A DNA stretch of 64,000 bases from Myxococcales bacterium. GTDB taxonomy: Bacteria; Myxococcota_C; UBA6777. Below are positions 1 through 10,048 of the stretch, piece after piece. The notes beneath the pieces are model-generated. The model was given only the letters and a program-made list of their open reading frames with translations, did not search any database and was not told the origin of the DNA. The translations under genes were made by a program, and so were the position numbers. The stretch is taken from the NCBI GenBank assembly GCA_020632975.1, contig JACKEL010000004.1, positions 271,963 through 335,962 on the forward strand, read 5' to 3'. How positions within the stretch are numbered: position 1 is the stretch's first letter; each line of letters begins with the position of its first letter.

Positions 1-2241
1 ATCAGCGATACAGCGGGCAAGATCTCGTTGCACTCGCGTTTTCGCTTGCATGGGCTTTTGCCTGATCAGACCAAGCAAAATGTCCTTGAGATGGCCGATG
101 GGACGCTTGCTTACATCGGTATCACGATGCGTAACCAACTGCACTTGGATCAGAGGATCGTGAAGGCACGTCTTGCGAATGTTGCGACCTCTGTGAGCTT
201 GGATGGTCCGCGTGGCCTGCGCGTGATGAGCGGGCTTTTCTTTGGAAAAGAGAAAGAGGCTGTGCGGGCGACGCTTTTCGATGAGAAGCGACAGGTCTTG
301 TTTGCGATTACTTCTTCCGCAGATCCCGAGCTTTTGCAAGGTTCGAATCTCAACTTTGAGGCGATCCGCGAGCGTCGAGAGCGTCTGCTTTTTTGCGATC
401 CTTTGTACACCATCGACCTCAAGGACCCTGCGAAACTCTCGATATTGGGGGCTTTGGACGATCTCAACGGCGATATGAACTTCTTCCGCCCGATCCAAGG
501 GGGAGACTTTTTGCTCGCGGTGGGGCGGGATACTTCTGCGACTTGCACGGGGTTTGAACCTGCCTCGGGTCGATTCTCGCGGACTTCTGTGAGTCTTGTG
601 GATGTCCGCGACTTGACGAAGCCCAAACTGGTGCAACGTCGTTGTGTAGGGGTCAATGTCAAGGCGGATATCGTGTCCTCTGAGGTCAACTGGGATCTCG
701 ACCAAGCCCACAAACAGATCGGGTTTTATTCAGAAGGAAACACGCATCTGATCTCGGTCCCTGTGGAGTTTTCCTATCGTGAAGAAGGTGTCTTAAAAGA
801 TTATACAGCGGTAGGGCTGATGCGCTGGGACCTCGGTCGCTACGACGAAAACAAAGGCCCTGCGGAGCAAGACGTCTTACAAGAGTTGGGGACCTTTTTG
901 CACCCACGTGGCCGTGTGGAACGCACTTTCTTTGAGGTGTTGCAATACAACCAAGAGCCTCGTTTGAGTTTGATCAACTTCTCGCAAGATGCTTTGTCTA
1001 TCACGGATCTGGAATACCTCGAAAAGCCCCGTCTCGCCTCGACTTTGGAGCTTTCTCCTCAGATCTCCCATGTGTTTTGGTTGAAAGAAAAAACCCGCAT
1101 CTTGATGCGCAAGGTGATCCCCGCTACTTCAGGGCCATCGACATACTTGTGGCAGCTTCGCCAAGTGGCCGAAGGGGTGGCGCTTGAAGATGGGGCTTTG
1201 TTGGGAGAGTGGCCTGGTCAGGCAGAGGATATCCCCATGATGTGGGGGGAACAGTTGCTTTTGCAGAAAGGCAACTCGCTCATGATCTACTCTTTTGCAG
1301 AGGACAAGATCAAAAGCTCTGTCGTGGTTTATCCCAAAGGAGCGGAAGCGCTTGTTGCAGAAGATCTTTTTGTTCGCTCTGCCAAACAACGCCGTGTCTT
1401 GTTGACCAAACATGCCTTGTTGACAGTCGGGCGCTATTCTTATCACATTGGTGGTGAGGATTATACGGTGGATCGGGTCTTTGCGCTTGATGCAGGCAAA
1501 GAGGACTCCCAGTTCAAAGAACTTAGGATCGAGGAGACGCGCAACACTTCGCTTTATTTGATGGCTTCGGGGGACGAAGTGATCGTCTTGCAGGAGCGTG
1601 CGGGCAAGTTTGCTCCCCAGTATTACACCGCGACGCTGCGGATGTCTGCGCAAGGTACATGGGATATCACGCCTTTTGGCAAGGAACAGCCTGGGCGGAT
1701 CTTGCATCGATTTGAAGATGGGCGAGTCTTGGTTTCGTTGGGCTCCTCGCCCAACGATTTGGGGCAACTCTCCTTGGGCTTGATGCAAGACAATGGGTTC
1801 GTGCTTGAGCAGAGCCTGCCTTCGACGCAGGGCATGTCTTACAAAGATGTGACCGTCCGTGGTGATGATGTCCTGCTGATGACCTCTGCGAATCATCTTT
1901 TACGATATAAAAAAGTCGACGGATTCTTACAATTTGTTCGTCAATGGACGATGGCGCTTTCTGAGGACTGGGTGTTTGGTCCTTGGGATAAAGAGACCTT
2001 TGTGCTTTTGCGTCGAGTGGCTGTGTGGTTTGATGCTTTGATCGTGTTGGATCTGGAAAAAGAAGCCGATGCTTCTGAACACCTCTATTACGCGGGCTTT
2101 TCGCTCAAGCCGTCCATGGATGGAGCGACCCTTTCTCAATGGACAAAGCTGCCATTTTCTACGCTTTCGTTGGGTGCAGATCGGATCGTGATGGCGCATG
2201 ACGTCCAAGGGATCGTCTTTCTCCCGCGCGTTGGGAAGTAA
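1..2241 (+). CDS. Large hypothetical protein, 5' end outside the window. The frame is open from nt 1, and the TTG at 28 is unlikely to be the true start.
   Basis: Continuous ORF with coding-like composition. No recognisable catalytic motifs. Its repetitive beta-rich character suggests a possible beta-propeller-type fold. Confidence 0.55.
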   Translation: MSDTAGKISLHSRFRLHGLLPDQTKQNVLEMADGTLAYIGITMRNQLHLDQRIVKARLANVATSVSLDGPRGLRVMSGLFFGKEKEAVRATLFDEKRQVLFAITSSADPELLQGSNLNFEAIRERRERLLFCDPLYTIDLKDPAKLSILGALDDLNGDMNFFRPIQGGDFLLAVGRDTSATCTGFEPASGRFSRTSVSLVDVRDLTKPKLVQRRCVGVNVKADIVSSEVNWDLDQAHKQIGFYSEGNTHLISVPVEFSYREEGVLKDYTAVGLMRWDLGRYDENKGPAEQDVLQELGTFLHPRGRVERTFFEVLQYNQEPRLSLINFSQDALSITDLEYLEKPRLASTLELSPQISHVFWLKEKTRILMRKVIPATSGPSTYLWQLRQVAEGVALEDGALLGEWPGQAEDIPMMWGEQLLLQKGNSLMIYSFAEDKIKSSVVVYPKGAEALVAEDLFVRSAKQRRVLLTKHALLTVGRYSYHIGGEDYTVDRVFALDAGKEDSQFKELRIEETRNTSLYLMASGDEVIVLQERAGKFAPQYYTATLRMSAQGTWDITPFGKEQPGRILHRFEDGRVLVSLGSSPNDLGQLSLGLMQDNGFVLEQSLPSTQGMSYKDVTVRGDDVLLMTSANHLLRYKKVDGFLQFVRQWTMALSEDWVFGPWDKETFVLLRRVAVWFDALIVLDLEKEADASEHLYYAGFSLKPSMDGATLSQWTKLPFSTLSLGADRIVMAHDVQGIVFLPRVGK

Positions 2242-2625
2242 GAGCGTCTTTCTTCGGGTGAGGCTGCGGGTGGCTTGCCAAGCAAAAGTATAGAGCGATC
2301 TTCGCGCTTGGGTGGTGGATGTGTTTGGGGGTGGGGTCTTGGGTGGGCAGATCTTTCCCTGTGTTGTAGGGAGTCAGGCTTTGGTGCTTTGTATCTCTCT
2401 GGATTTGATGATCTTTTTTCTTTCCGTTTGACCTTCTCAGGCATCCTTCGTATACAAATGGGTCTCAAAAAGGTGTCACGTGCTTCTCTGGAGCCTTGGC
2501 TTGTGTAAAAAGTCTGGGCTTCTTGGGGTCGCGAGACGTGGCACATCGCATGATGCCATATCGATCTTGTTCGGATAACGCGAACGATCTGTGTATACGC
2601 TAGAGAAATCGAGAGGTACAAAACG

Positions 2626-3369
2626 ATGGCTGGACATAGTAAGTGGGCCAATATTAAGCGCCGCAAAGGCGCGCAAGATGCGAAACGTGGTAAGGTCTTT
2701 ACCAAGATTATCAAAGAGATCAGCGTTGCTGCGAAGATGGGCGGGGGAGATGCAGATGCAAACCCTCGTTTGCGTGCTGCGGTTCTTGCGGCCAAAGCTG
2801 AGAACATGCCCAAAGACAACATCGAGCGGGCAATCAAAAAGGCGACTGGCGCTGACGCTGCGGACTATATTGAGCAGACATTTGAGGGCTACGGCCCTGG
2901 TGGTGTCGCGGTATTCGTCGAAGTGGCGACAGACAACCACAACCGCACAGTGAGCAGCGTGCGCTCTTACTTCAACAAAAGTGGCGGTAGCTTGGGCAAA
3001 GATGGCTGTCTTCAGTTCATCTTTGAGCAAAAAGGTGTGTTTTCCTTCCCCAAAGGCGACCTCGACGAAGAAGAGCTGATGCTTGAGTTGATCGACGCAG
3101 GGGCCGAGGATATCGAGACCGAAGATGGCACTGTGAACGTCACATGCGAAGTCGCGGACTTTGGTAACCTACAAAAGAAACTTTATGAGATGGGGATCGA
3201 GCCCGAAAGCGCGAGCTTGGAGCGTCTTCCCTTGACCATGCAAAAGGTCGATGATCTTGCGATCCTCAAGCCTTTGATGAAGCTCGTGGACCAACTCGAA
3301 GAAGACGACGATGTCCAAAAGGTGTACCACAACCTCGAAGCGGACGATGAGTTGCTAGACCAACTCTAA
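2626..3369 (+). CDS. yebC: YebC/PmpR family DNA-binding regulatory protein
   Basis: N-terminus MAGHSKWANIKRRKGAQDAKRGKVFTKIIKEI is the hallmark YebC signature. Length is 247 aa. GAGAGG lies upstream of the ATG. Confidence 0.9.
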   Translation: MAGHSKWANIKRRKGAQDAKRGKVFTKIIKEISVAAKMGGGDADANPRLRAAVLAAKAENMPKDNIERAIKKATGADAADYIEQTFEGYGPGGVAVFVEVATDNHNRTVSSVRSYFNKSGGSLGKDGCLQFIFEQKGVFSFPKGDLDEEELMLELIDAGAEDIETEDGTVNVTCEVADFGNLQKKLYEMGIEPESASLERLPLTMQKVDDLAILKPLMKLVDQLEEDDDVQKVYHNLEADDELLDQL

Positions 3370-3444
3370 GAAGACGCTTCCATCCCTCCCTTTGCTGCGT
3401 CTCTTTGGCGCGGATACTTCTTCCTTCTTGACAGCTTGACGCTT

Positions 3445-4146
3445 TTAAGGCCTGTGACGCTTCTTGCGTTTGTAGGGGCTTGGGACGCGGACAAGCTCGT
3501 CCTTCTGATGCCACCAACCAATCAATTCTCTTCCATGCACACATCCCCCATCAAGGCACAAAGTCTTGGGCGTGCGGTGAAAGCCTTGTCTTGCCCAGTG
3601 CCCGTAAACAACGAGCTTTTCGCCTTGGTAAAAGTGGTGCCAAGGTGCAAAGCCTTCAGGTGCATTGCGCAGATGCCCATCCCACTCTCTCGGGAGGCGT
3701 CCCAAAGCATCGCAGATTCGGACGCGCGTGAGAAACTTGGCTGGGGTTTGTTCGGGTGCAAGGTGAGGATGAAGGCCCGCGTGGACAACGAGCCAGTCTT
3801 GTTCTTCGATGAAGAGAGGCCAGCTTGCGATCCATTCGAGCCATTCGTCTCGATCTGCCGCTGCCATCACATCAGGACAAAAGTCCTCGGGGTCGAACCA
3901 GTCGGGATATTCGGGCGCTTGGGTTGCTTCGAGCAGGCTTTCTTCGTGGTTGCCACGGACAGCAGAGGCCCCCAACGAACGCAGCAGACGCAAGACACCA
4001 AGGCTATCAGGACCACGATTGAGCGTATCGCCCACACAGATCAGGCGATGGCGATCGGGTTGGAAGTTTGCTTGCTGCAACAAGGTTTCTAAAGGCTGGA
4101 GGCAACCGTGGAGATCACCTACAAACAAGATGTCTTGTGATGTCAT
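3445..4146 (-). CDS. PPP-family metallophosphoesterase: Ser/Thr protein phosphatase (PrpA/ApaH-like)
   Basis: Motifs GDLHG, GDTLNRG and GNHE in canonical order; 233 aa. Lies immediately downstream of a Ser/Thr kinase gene on the same strand. Confidence 0.8.
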   Translation of the reverse strand: MTSQDILFVGDLHGCLQPLETLLQQANFQPDRHRLICVGDTLNRGPDSLGVLRLLRSLGASAVRGNHEESLLEATQAPEYPDWFDPEDFCPDVMAAADRDEWLEWIASWPLFIEEQDWLVVHAGLHPHLAPEQTPAKFLTRVRICDALGRLPREWDGHLRNAPEGFAPWHHFYQGEKLVVYGHWARQGFHRTPKTLCLDGGCVHGRELIGWWHQKDELVRVPSPYKRKKRHRP

Positions 4147-4204
4147 CCTTTTTCCTTTGGAGGGGGAGAAAGATTCTTGGGGAAGGGGAAAGGCCGCAAG
4201 GTGA

Positions 4205-5809
4205 TTACCAAGCCGTGCTCTGTTTGCCCCATTCTGGGGGAGATTGAGAGAGGGTGGGCATGGAAGTGGGGGGCGCAGGGAGTTCTCTGTACCAACCCTC
4301 TTGATCGATGGCAGGCGTCGCTTGCGCGGGGGGAAGCTTGGGGAGGCTGCGTTTGATCACAGGTGGGGGCTGTTGTTTTGGAAAGAACGAGAGGGCCCGC
4401 TCACTGAGCGCGACATAGGCCGTGGTGAGGGTACCTTGGGGATCTTTCCAGAGTTGTTCGCGGTAGGTGTACCAAAGACCACCCGTGCTTGTCGCGGAGA
4501 AGAGGAACAAGAAGACCATCAGACGCAGAAGATATCGTGGTTTGGGGAGTTCAGCGTTGAGGCGATCTCGCGTGTCTTGGAAAGGTTGCGCAAAAAGCGA
4601 GGTCTTGCGGGCCCCTGGTGGGGGGAGCGCAGCAGACGAAGTAGAAGACAGTGGCGCTGGGGCGTTTGACTGTGAAGGGGTCGAGATCTCAGAGGACACC
4701 GAGCTTGACTGCGCGGAGAGTTCTTGGGCATCGAACGGTTTCATGTCCAAGGTGGGGGCGGTGGAGATGCGTTCTTTGTTGTTGTCTCCTCCCGTGGTGA
4801 CGGGGGTGGGAAGGACGTGCTTGTTGCCACTGGATTGCAAAGCCATATAAGGCTGGCTTGCATAGGGCGAAGACAGCGGGGAGATCAACGACTGGGTATG
4901 TTTCTTTTCTTCGTTGGCGTGGTGAAGTGCAAGGTCCGTGGGTTCAAGACCGTTGTACAGCGGGGCATTGTCGAGCGCTTTGTCAAAAGCTTGGAGAAGC
5001 TCTTGGCAGGTATTCCAACGCAACGCAGGGTTTTTCTCAAGGCAACGCATCAAGACGTTGTGGCTGGGTTCGTTGAGGTGAAGGAGTGGTGGGGGCGGCT
5101 CGTGCATCAGTTTGAAAAGCAAAGAAGAGGCATCATGGAAAGGGAGCGTGCCCGAGCACATACGATAAAGTAAGACCCCTAGACTGTAGATATCGGCCCG
5201 TTGATCGGCTGTTTTGCTGTCGAGCATTTGTTCGGGGGCGATATAAAGTGGGGTCCCCATGGTGCTGCCTGTGTGGGTGAGGTTGGAGACTTCGAGGACT
5301 TTTGCGATCCCAAAGTCGGTCACACGGGCGGTTGCGGGCCAGGTTTTTTTATCGAGGAGGATGTTGGGTGGTTTCAGGTCGCGGTGCACGATATCTTGTT
5401 CGTGAGCGGCTTGGACCCCAAGGACGATGTCGTGAAAGATCTGATGGACTTGTTCTTGTGGGAGGGGACCTGGATTTCTTTCGAGGTAGGCTTGGAGATC
5501 GCCACCTTCCATCCATTCCATCACAAGGCCAAGAACGCAGTCTTCTTCGAGCATCTGAAGCACGCGTACTACGTTGGGATGTTCGATTTGAGACTGGATG
5601 CTGGCTTCGCGTTCAAAGCGTTGTCGCACCTTGTCTTGGCTGGCCATGTGTTCGTAGAGGATCTTGATGGCGACATGCGCGTCGGTTTCTGTGTCGAGCG
5701 CGCGGTAAAGCCAGGCCATCCCGCCGCTGCCAACACGTTCTTCGATCACATAGCGATCGGCTAATTTTTTGCCTTCAAGCATAGAAGCTGCGCGTTTTTC
5801 GCTCATCAA
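4205..5809 (-). CDS. Ser/Thr protein kinase (Hanks-type) with Pro-rich segment and a transmembrane region
   Basis: VAIK, HRDLKPPNILL, DFGIAKV and APE subdomain motifs. Hydrophobic segment LMVFLFLFSATSTGGLW. Confidence 0.88.
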   Translation of the reverse strand: MMSEKRAASMLEGKKLADRYVIEERVGSGGMAWLYRALDTETDAHVAIKILYEHMASQDKVRQRFEREASIQSQIEHPNVVRVLQMLEEDCVLGLVMEWMEGGDLQAYLERNPGPLPQEQVHQIFHDIVLGVQAAHEQDIVHRDLKPPNILLDKKTWPATARVTDFGIAKVLEVSNLTHTGSTMGTPLYIAPEQMLDSKTADQRADIYSLGVLLYRMCSGTLPFHDASSLLFKLMHEPPPPLLHLNEPSHNVLMRCLEKNPALRWNTCQELLQAFDKALDNAPLYNGLEPTDLALHHANEEKKHTQSLISPLSSPYASQPYMALQSSGNKHVLPTPVTTGGDNNKERISTAPTLDMKPFDAQELSAQSSSVSSEISTPSQSNAPAPLSSTSSAALPPPGARKTSLFAQPFQDTRDRLNAELPKPRYLLRLMVFLFLFSATSTGGLWYTYREQLWKDPQGTLTTAYVALSERALSFFPKQQPPPVIKRSLPKLPPAQATPAIDQEGWYRELPAPPTSMPTLSQSPPEWGKQSTAW

Positions 5810-5844
5810 AGCACCTCGATTTTACACAGGGGATCAGGAGAGGG

Positions 5845-6780
5845 TCATTCTGTGATACGCAGGAGCCAGTGCATAAGATCTTCCATGACTTGTTTTCGAT
5901 TGGTTTCGTTGAAGATCTCGTGGCGTCCATCTGGGTACAAATGCAGCGAAAGATCCGTGAGTCCCGCACGGGTGTAAGCTTGGGCCAGCCCTTTCATGCC
6001 TTCGCCCATCCGCGTAACAGGATCTTTTTCACCACCCACAAGATAGACAGGAAGGTCGTGTCGCACACGCGCTCGAAGATCCGAACGAGCGATCTCGCCG
6101 AATCCATGGAGGCAGTCGAGCCACATCTGCGTGGTGATAATAAAACCGCACTTGTCATCCGCAACATAAGCATCCACTTCCGCTGCGTCACGGGAGAGCC
6201 AATCAAAATCTGTACGATTGGGTCGAAAAGGTTTGTTGAAGTCCCCGAAGCTCATGGCGTTGAGCAACTTGCTGCGTCCTCTTCGACCAAGGCGATAACG
6301 CTCTGCGTGCGTTGCCGCGATACCAATCAAGCGCAGTGGGCCCACGGTATCGACCGCAGCGGAAAGAACCGCGCCTGCGAACTTTTTGCTGTGTTCAAAC
6401 AGCGTAAATTGCACCAAGAAGGAGCCCATGCTGTGGCCAAAAAGCACGATGGGAAGGGATGGATCAGCTTTGTGCGCGATGTCGTGGAGGGTGATGATAT
6501 CTTGGATGACGCGAAGCCAGCCGTTGTCGTCCGCAAAGTAGCCGATGTCTTCGGGCTGTCGGGCAGTTTTGCCATGTCCTCGTTGATCGTGGGCATACAC
6601 CACAAAACCATCTTGGGTCATGCGTTCTGCGAGGCGTGCATAACGCGCCGCGTGTTCGGCCATCCCATGAACGAGCAACACGATACCACGCTTGGCGCTG
6701 CCTTCATCTGGAGACCATTTGAAGGTGAAGATCTCGGCTTGTTTGTCTTCGCTTTGGTATGTGAAAGTTTCGGCTTGCAT
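5845..6780 (-). CDS. Alpha/beta hydrolase (lysophospholipase / monoacylglycerol-lipase-like)
   Basis: GHSMGS nucleophile elbow, HG oxyanion motif (LLVHGMAEH), and C-terminal His in DGRHEIF. Confidence 0.75.
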   Translation of the reverse strand: MQAETFTYQSEDKQAEIFTFKWSPDEGSAKRGIVLLVHGMAEHAARYARLAERMTQDGFVVYAHDQRGHGKTARQPEDIGYFADDNGWLRVIQDIITLHDIAHKADPSLPIVLFGHSMGSFLVQFTLFEHSKKFAGAVLSAAVDTVGPLRLIGIAATHAERYRLGRRGRSKLLNAMSFGDFNKPFRPNRTDFDWLSRDAAEVDAYVADDKCGFIITTQMWLDCLHGFGEIARSDLRARVRHDLPVYLVGGEKDPVTRMGEGMKGLAQAYTRAGLTDLSLHLYPDGRHEIFNETNRKQVMEDLMHWLLRITE

Positions 6781-6853
6781 CTGTCGCTTCTCCTATTTGT
6801 CGTGGTCTTGAAGAGATGGAGTGTAGCGCAAGATGAGATGAGATGCGAGAGGT

Positions 6854-8251
6854 TTAGCCCAAAGGATCGAGCATACTTTCGCGCAACTCTTCTGCGCGGT
6901 TCATCACGTCTTCAAAACGCGGAGGATAGGGCTCGACCTCTTTGAGGGCGTTGGAACACTCTTCTTCAGTGAAGCCTTCCAAAGAGCCTCCCAGTCGCGT
7001 GATCAGTTTGGCGCGGATCTTTGTGGCATAGCGGGGATTGTAGAAGTGTTCGAGCAGGTTGCTCATGGCTTGGGCGCTGCGTGCGGCGTTCCAAGCGGCT
7101 TGAAGTGGATCTCCATGTTCGCCCCAAGCCTCGACCCACAAAGGGATCGCTTCTGGGCGAAACTGAAGTTCTGCCAAAAACTCTGCGATCGGGCAGCGGG
7201 GAGGTGGCGTGCGAAAAGCTTGGATCGTCTCTTCTAGGCTCGGAGGGATGGGGACGATCTTGCGAATCAAAGGCGAGACATTGTCGCCTTCAGCGGGCAT
7301 TTGTCCGCGTTTTTCGACCTCATACTCTCGAAAAAACCACCAAAATTGCCTTTGTAGAGCTTCTTTTTGCGGGTGTTCGAGCCGCGACAACAACATCAAC
7401 ATGTGTTCGCCGTAGAGCGCATGATCCCATGCAAATTGCATGGGGTCCTCTTCGGGCGTGGGGGTGCAGCGCGTGAACCAAAGCTCTGAAGGACGCCCTT
7501 GGCTGATGATGTCCCGCCACAAATGGATCAGCGGACAGTTGGGGACGTGCGCCCGAAAACGCGGAAAATTCGGCATCGACGCAGGTGTTTGGCTGGCCTG
7601 TTCTTGGAGCGCTTCGTTGGAGAGGAAGGGTTGGGACTCTGTGGGAGCCAAGCTGCGGACAGGAGACGGTCGATTTGCATCAAACGCACCTGGCTGTGAA
7701 CGAAAGCCCCCAAGATGCGGGATCACCAGCGTTGGGGCTTTGCTGCGGCTTGGGGGATTCCAAGCTCGAAAGCGAGGAAACCACCGTGGTACGTGTTGCT
7801 TGTAGTCGATGTAACCTTCGCGAAAGCGAGCTTCGAGCGCGGGTTCCTCGAAAAGCGGTATCGAAAGGACGTAGAAAAGTGTATTGGCGGCCGCCCAAAT
7901 CGAAAGTGGAAGCGAACGAAAAAACAGCGCTTCCGCGTAAAGCACCAAAAGCAGCCCCACGATCATAGGGTTACGCAGGTGTTGGTAAGGGCCAACGATA
8001 ATGAGTTTTTTGGCGGGGGCCCAAAAAGAAGGTGTTCCACGGCTGAGTTGAAGAAACAAAGCCAAGGACCAAAAGCCCAAGAAGATCCCCAGAGAGCACG
8101 CCACAAGTGCAGCCCACAAAAAAGGAGAATGAAAGGGGGCTGGGTCCGCTGCATGAGGGGTATGACGAAAGAGCAAAAGCAAAGATACTGGAACCAGCAC
8201 GACCACACCCACCAGAAAGATGATGGTGCTTACCAGCCAACTACGCCGCAT
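6854..8251 (-). CDS. Membrane methyltransferase-family domain (PEMT/ICMT-like) fused to a ~290-aa C-terminal domain of unknown function
   Basis: The N-terminal 170 aa has 4 predicted TM helices plus the RNPMIVG...EEPALEARFREGYIDYKQHVPRWFP motif typical of ICMT/PEMT/NnrU-like methyltransferases. The remainder has no recognisable motif. Confidence 0.6.
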   Translation of the reverse strand: MRRSWLVSTIIFLVGVVVLVPVSLLLLFRHTPHAADPAPFHSPFLWAALVACSLGIFLGFWSLALFLQLSRGTPSFWAPAKKLIIVGPYQHLRNPMIVGLLLVLYAEALFFRSLPLSIWAAANTLFYVLSIPLFEEPALEARFREGYIDYKQHVPRWFPRFRAWNPPSRSKAPTLVIPHLGGFRSQPGAFDANRPSPVRSLAPTESQPFLSNEALQEQASQTPASMPNFPRFRAHVPNCPLIHLWRDIISQGRPSELWFTRCTPTPEEDPMQFAWDHALYGEHMLMLLSRLEHPQKEALQRQFWWFFREYEVEKRGQMPAEGDNVSPLIRKIVPIPPSLEETIQAFRTPPPRCPIAEFLAELQFRPEAIPLWVEAWGEHGDPLQAAWNAARSAQAMSNLLEHFYNPRYATKIRAKLITRLGGSLEGFTEEECSNALKEVEPYPPRFEDVMNRAEELRESMLDPLG

Positions 8252-8478
8252 TCACGAACTCCTTTGAAGCTTTTGCATTGCACAATCCAACCTTCGCGCT
8301 GGCTATCTTTGCGCTGATTGGCATATCTGTCAATCTTTGGGGCATTCTTGTGTGAGTCTTTCTGCAGTTTTTGCAGATCTTCGTGATAAGCTGGCGACTC
8401 AAAGGTAACATGCTCAATACAACGACCTTTCGAGCCTATGGGCTGCAAGGCTCTTCTTTCAAAGTCGATGGAGACATC

Positions 8479-9954
8479 ATGCAGGACACGCAAAAGGAGA
8501 CCCAAGACTTTCCTATCGCGATCATTGGCGCAGGTTTCGCTGGGATGGGGATGGGGATTCGTCTGAAACAAGAAGGCATCCACTCTTTCACGATCTTTGA
8601 AGCCGCTGACGAAGTCGGCGGAACTTGGCGTGAAAACACTTACCCTGGGTGTGCTTGCGATGTGCCGTCCCTCTTGTACTCGTATTCTTTTGAACAAAGC
8701 TCTCGTTGGTCTCGGATGTTCGGGGAACAAGGGGAGATCTGGGAGTATATGAAGACTTGCGTTGACAAGTTTGGTTTGCGTTCGCATATCCGCTTTCGTT
8801 CGCGTGTGATCTCGCTGGAGTTCCAAGAAGATCGGGGACTGTGGAGACTCGAAACCGAAGACAAGCAGGTCTCTTGGGCGCGCGTGGTGATCAGCGGCAC
8901 GGGTGGGTTAAGCAAGCCCGCTTTTCCTTCGATCGAAGGCATGGAGCGATTTGAAGGGCCGCAGTTTCACTCCGCCCAGTGGGATCACGATGTGTCTCTC
9001 CAAGGCAAACGTGTCGCTGTAATTGGAACGGGTGCTTCGGCGATTCAGGTGATCCCTTCTATCGTGGATCAAGTCGCTTCACTGAAAGTCTTTCAACGCA
9101 GCCCCGCGTGGGTGATGCCCAAAGCTGATCGACCGATCTCTCGATTTGAGCAGGGCCTCTATCGTCTGATTCCTCCGTTGCAGTGGGCGTATCGATCCAT
9201 GATTTATTGGTGGATGGAGATGCGCGGATTGGCTTTCGTGAAGTACCCCAAACTCCTCGAATATGCGCAAAAACAAGCGCTTGAACACATCGCCTCTGCG
9301 ATCCACGACCCCGCACTGCGAGAGAAGTTGACGCCATCCTACAAGATGGGTTGCAAACGCATCCTGATCTCCAACGATTACTATCCTGCCCTTGCCAAAG
9401 AGCATGTCGAAGTCGTGACCGAAGCCATCGACTCGATCCAGCCTCATAGCGTCCGAACAGCCGATGGCCGCGAGCATGAAGTCGATGTGATCCTCTACTG
9501 TACTGGATTTCGCGTGATGGACTTCCTCGCACCCATGACAGTCGTGGGTTTGGAAGGCAAAGAACTGAACGAGCTTTGGCAAGAGCAAGGCATCGAAACA
9601 CTCCATGGTATCGCGGTTTCAGGGTTTCCAAACTTTTATCTTTTGGTAGGACCCAACACAGGGCTCGGGCATAACTCGATTATCTTTATGATCGAGTCGC
9701 AAGTCCGCTACATCTTGCAGTGCATCGAACGTTTGCGGACCAAAGGAGGGCGGTACCTCGACCTGCGACCTGAGAGCCAACACTCCTTCCAAGAAGAGGT
9801 GTCGCAACGCACAGAAAATACCATTTGGAAGTCTGGGTGTCGTAGTTGGTATCTCACAGAGGACGGAAAAAACTACACTTTGTGGCCAGGTTATACCTTC
9901 GAATATTGGTGGAAGACACGACGCCTCCGCCCCAAAGATTATCGACTTGTCTAA
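8479..9954 (+). CDS. FAD/NADPH-dependent flavin monooxygenase (Baeyer-Villiger monooxygenase-like)
   Basis: Two dinucleotide-binding motifs, GAGFAG and GTGASA. BVMO-like fingerprint FEGPQFHSAQWD. ATG at 8479 is preceded by GGAGA; the ORF track places the start at 8371. Confidence 0.85.
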   Translation: MQDTQKETQDFPIAIIGAGFAGMGMGIRLKQEGIHSFTIFEAADEVGGTWRENTYPGCACDVPSLLYSYSFEQSSRWSRMFGEQGEIWEYMKTCVDKFGLRSHIRFRSRVISLEFQEDRGLWRLETEDKQVSWARVVISGTGGLSKPAFPSIEGMERFEGPQFHSAQWDHDVSLQGKRVAVIGTGASAIQVIPSIVDQVASLKVFQRSPAWVMPKADRPISRFEQGLYRLIPPLQWAYRSMIYWWMEMRGLAFVKYPKLLEYAQKQALEHIASAIHDPALREKLTPSYKMGCKRILISNDYYPALAKEHVEVVTEAIDSIQPHSVRTADGREHEVDVILYCTGFRVMDFLAPMTVVGLEGKELNELWQEQGIETLHGIAVSGFPNFYLLVGPNTGLGHNSIIFMIESQVRYILQCIERLRTKGGRYLDLRPESQHSFQEEVSQRTENTIWKSGCRSWYLTEDGKNYTLWPGYTFEYWWKTRRLRPKDYRLV

Positions 9955-10048
9955 TCATTTGGCTTTGCCTAGGTCTTAGAGCTGTGGGGAGTTTCGCTAG
10001 CTTCTGGATAGGATGGGGTGAAGCGAAGGGGCTTGGGGGAGGGTATGC

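Noticed and set aside
2136-3030. Minus-strand ORFs 2136-2837 and 2476-3030 overlapping yebC
   Set aside because: yebC is unambiguous. The overlapping ORFs have skewed composition and no motifs.
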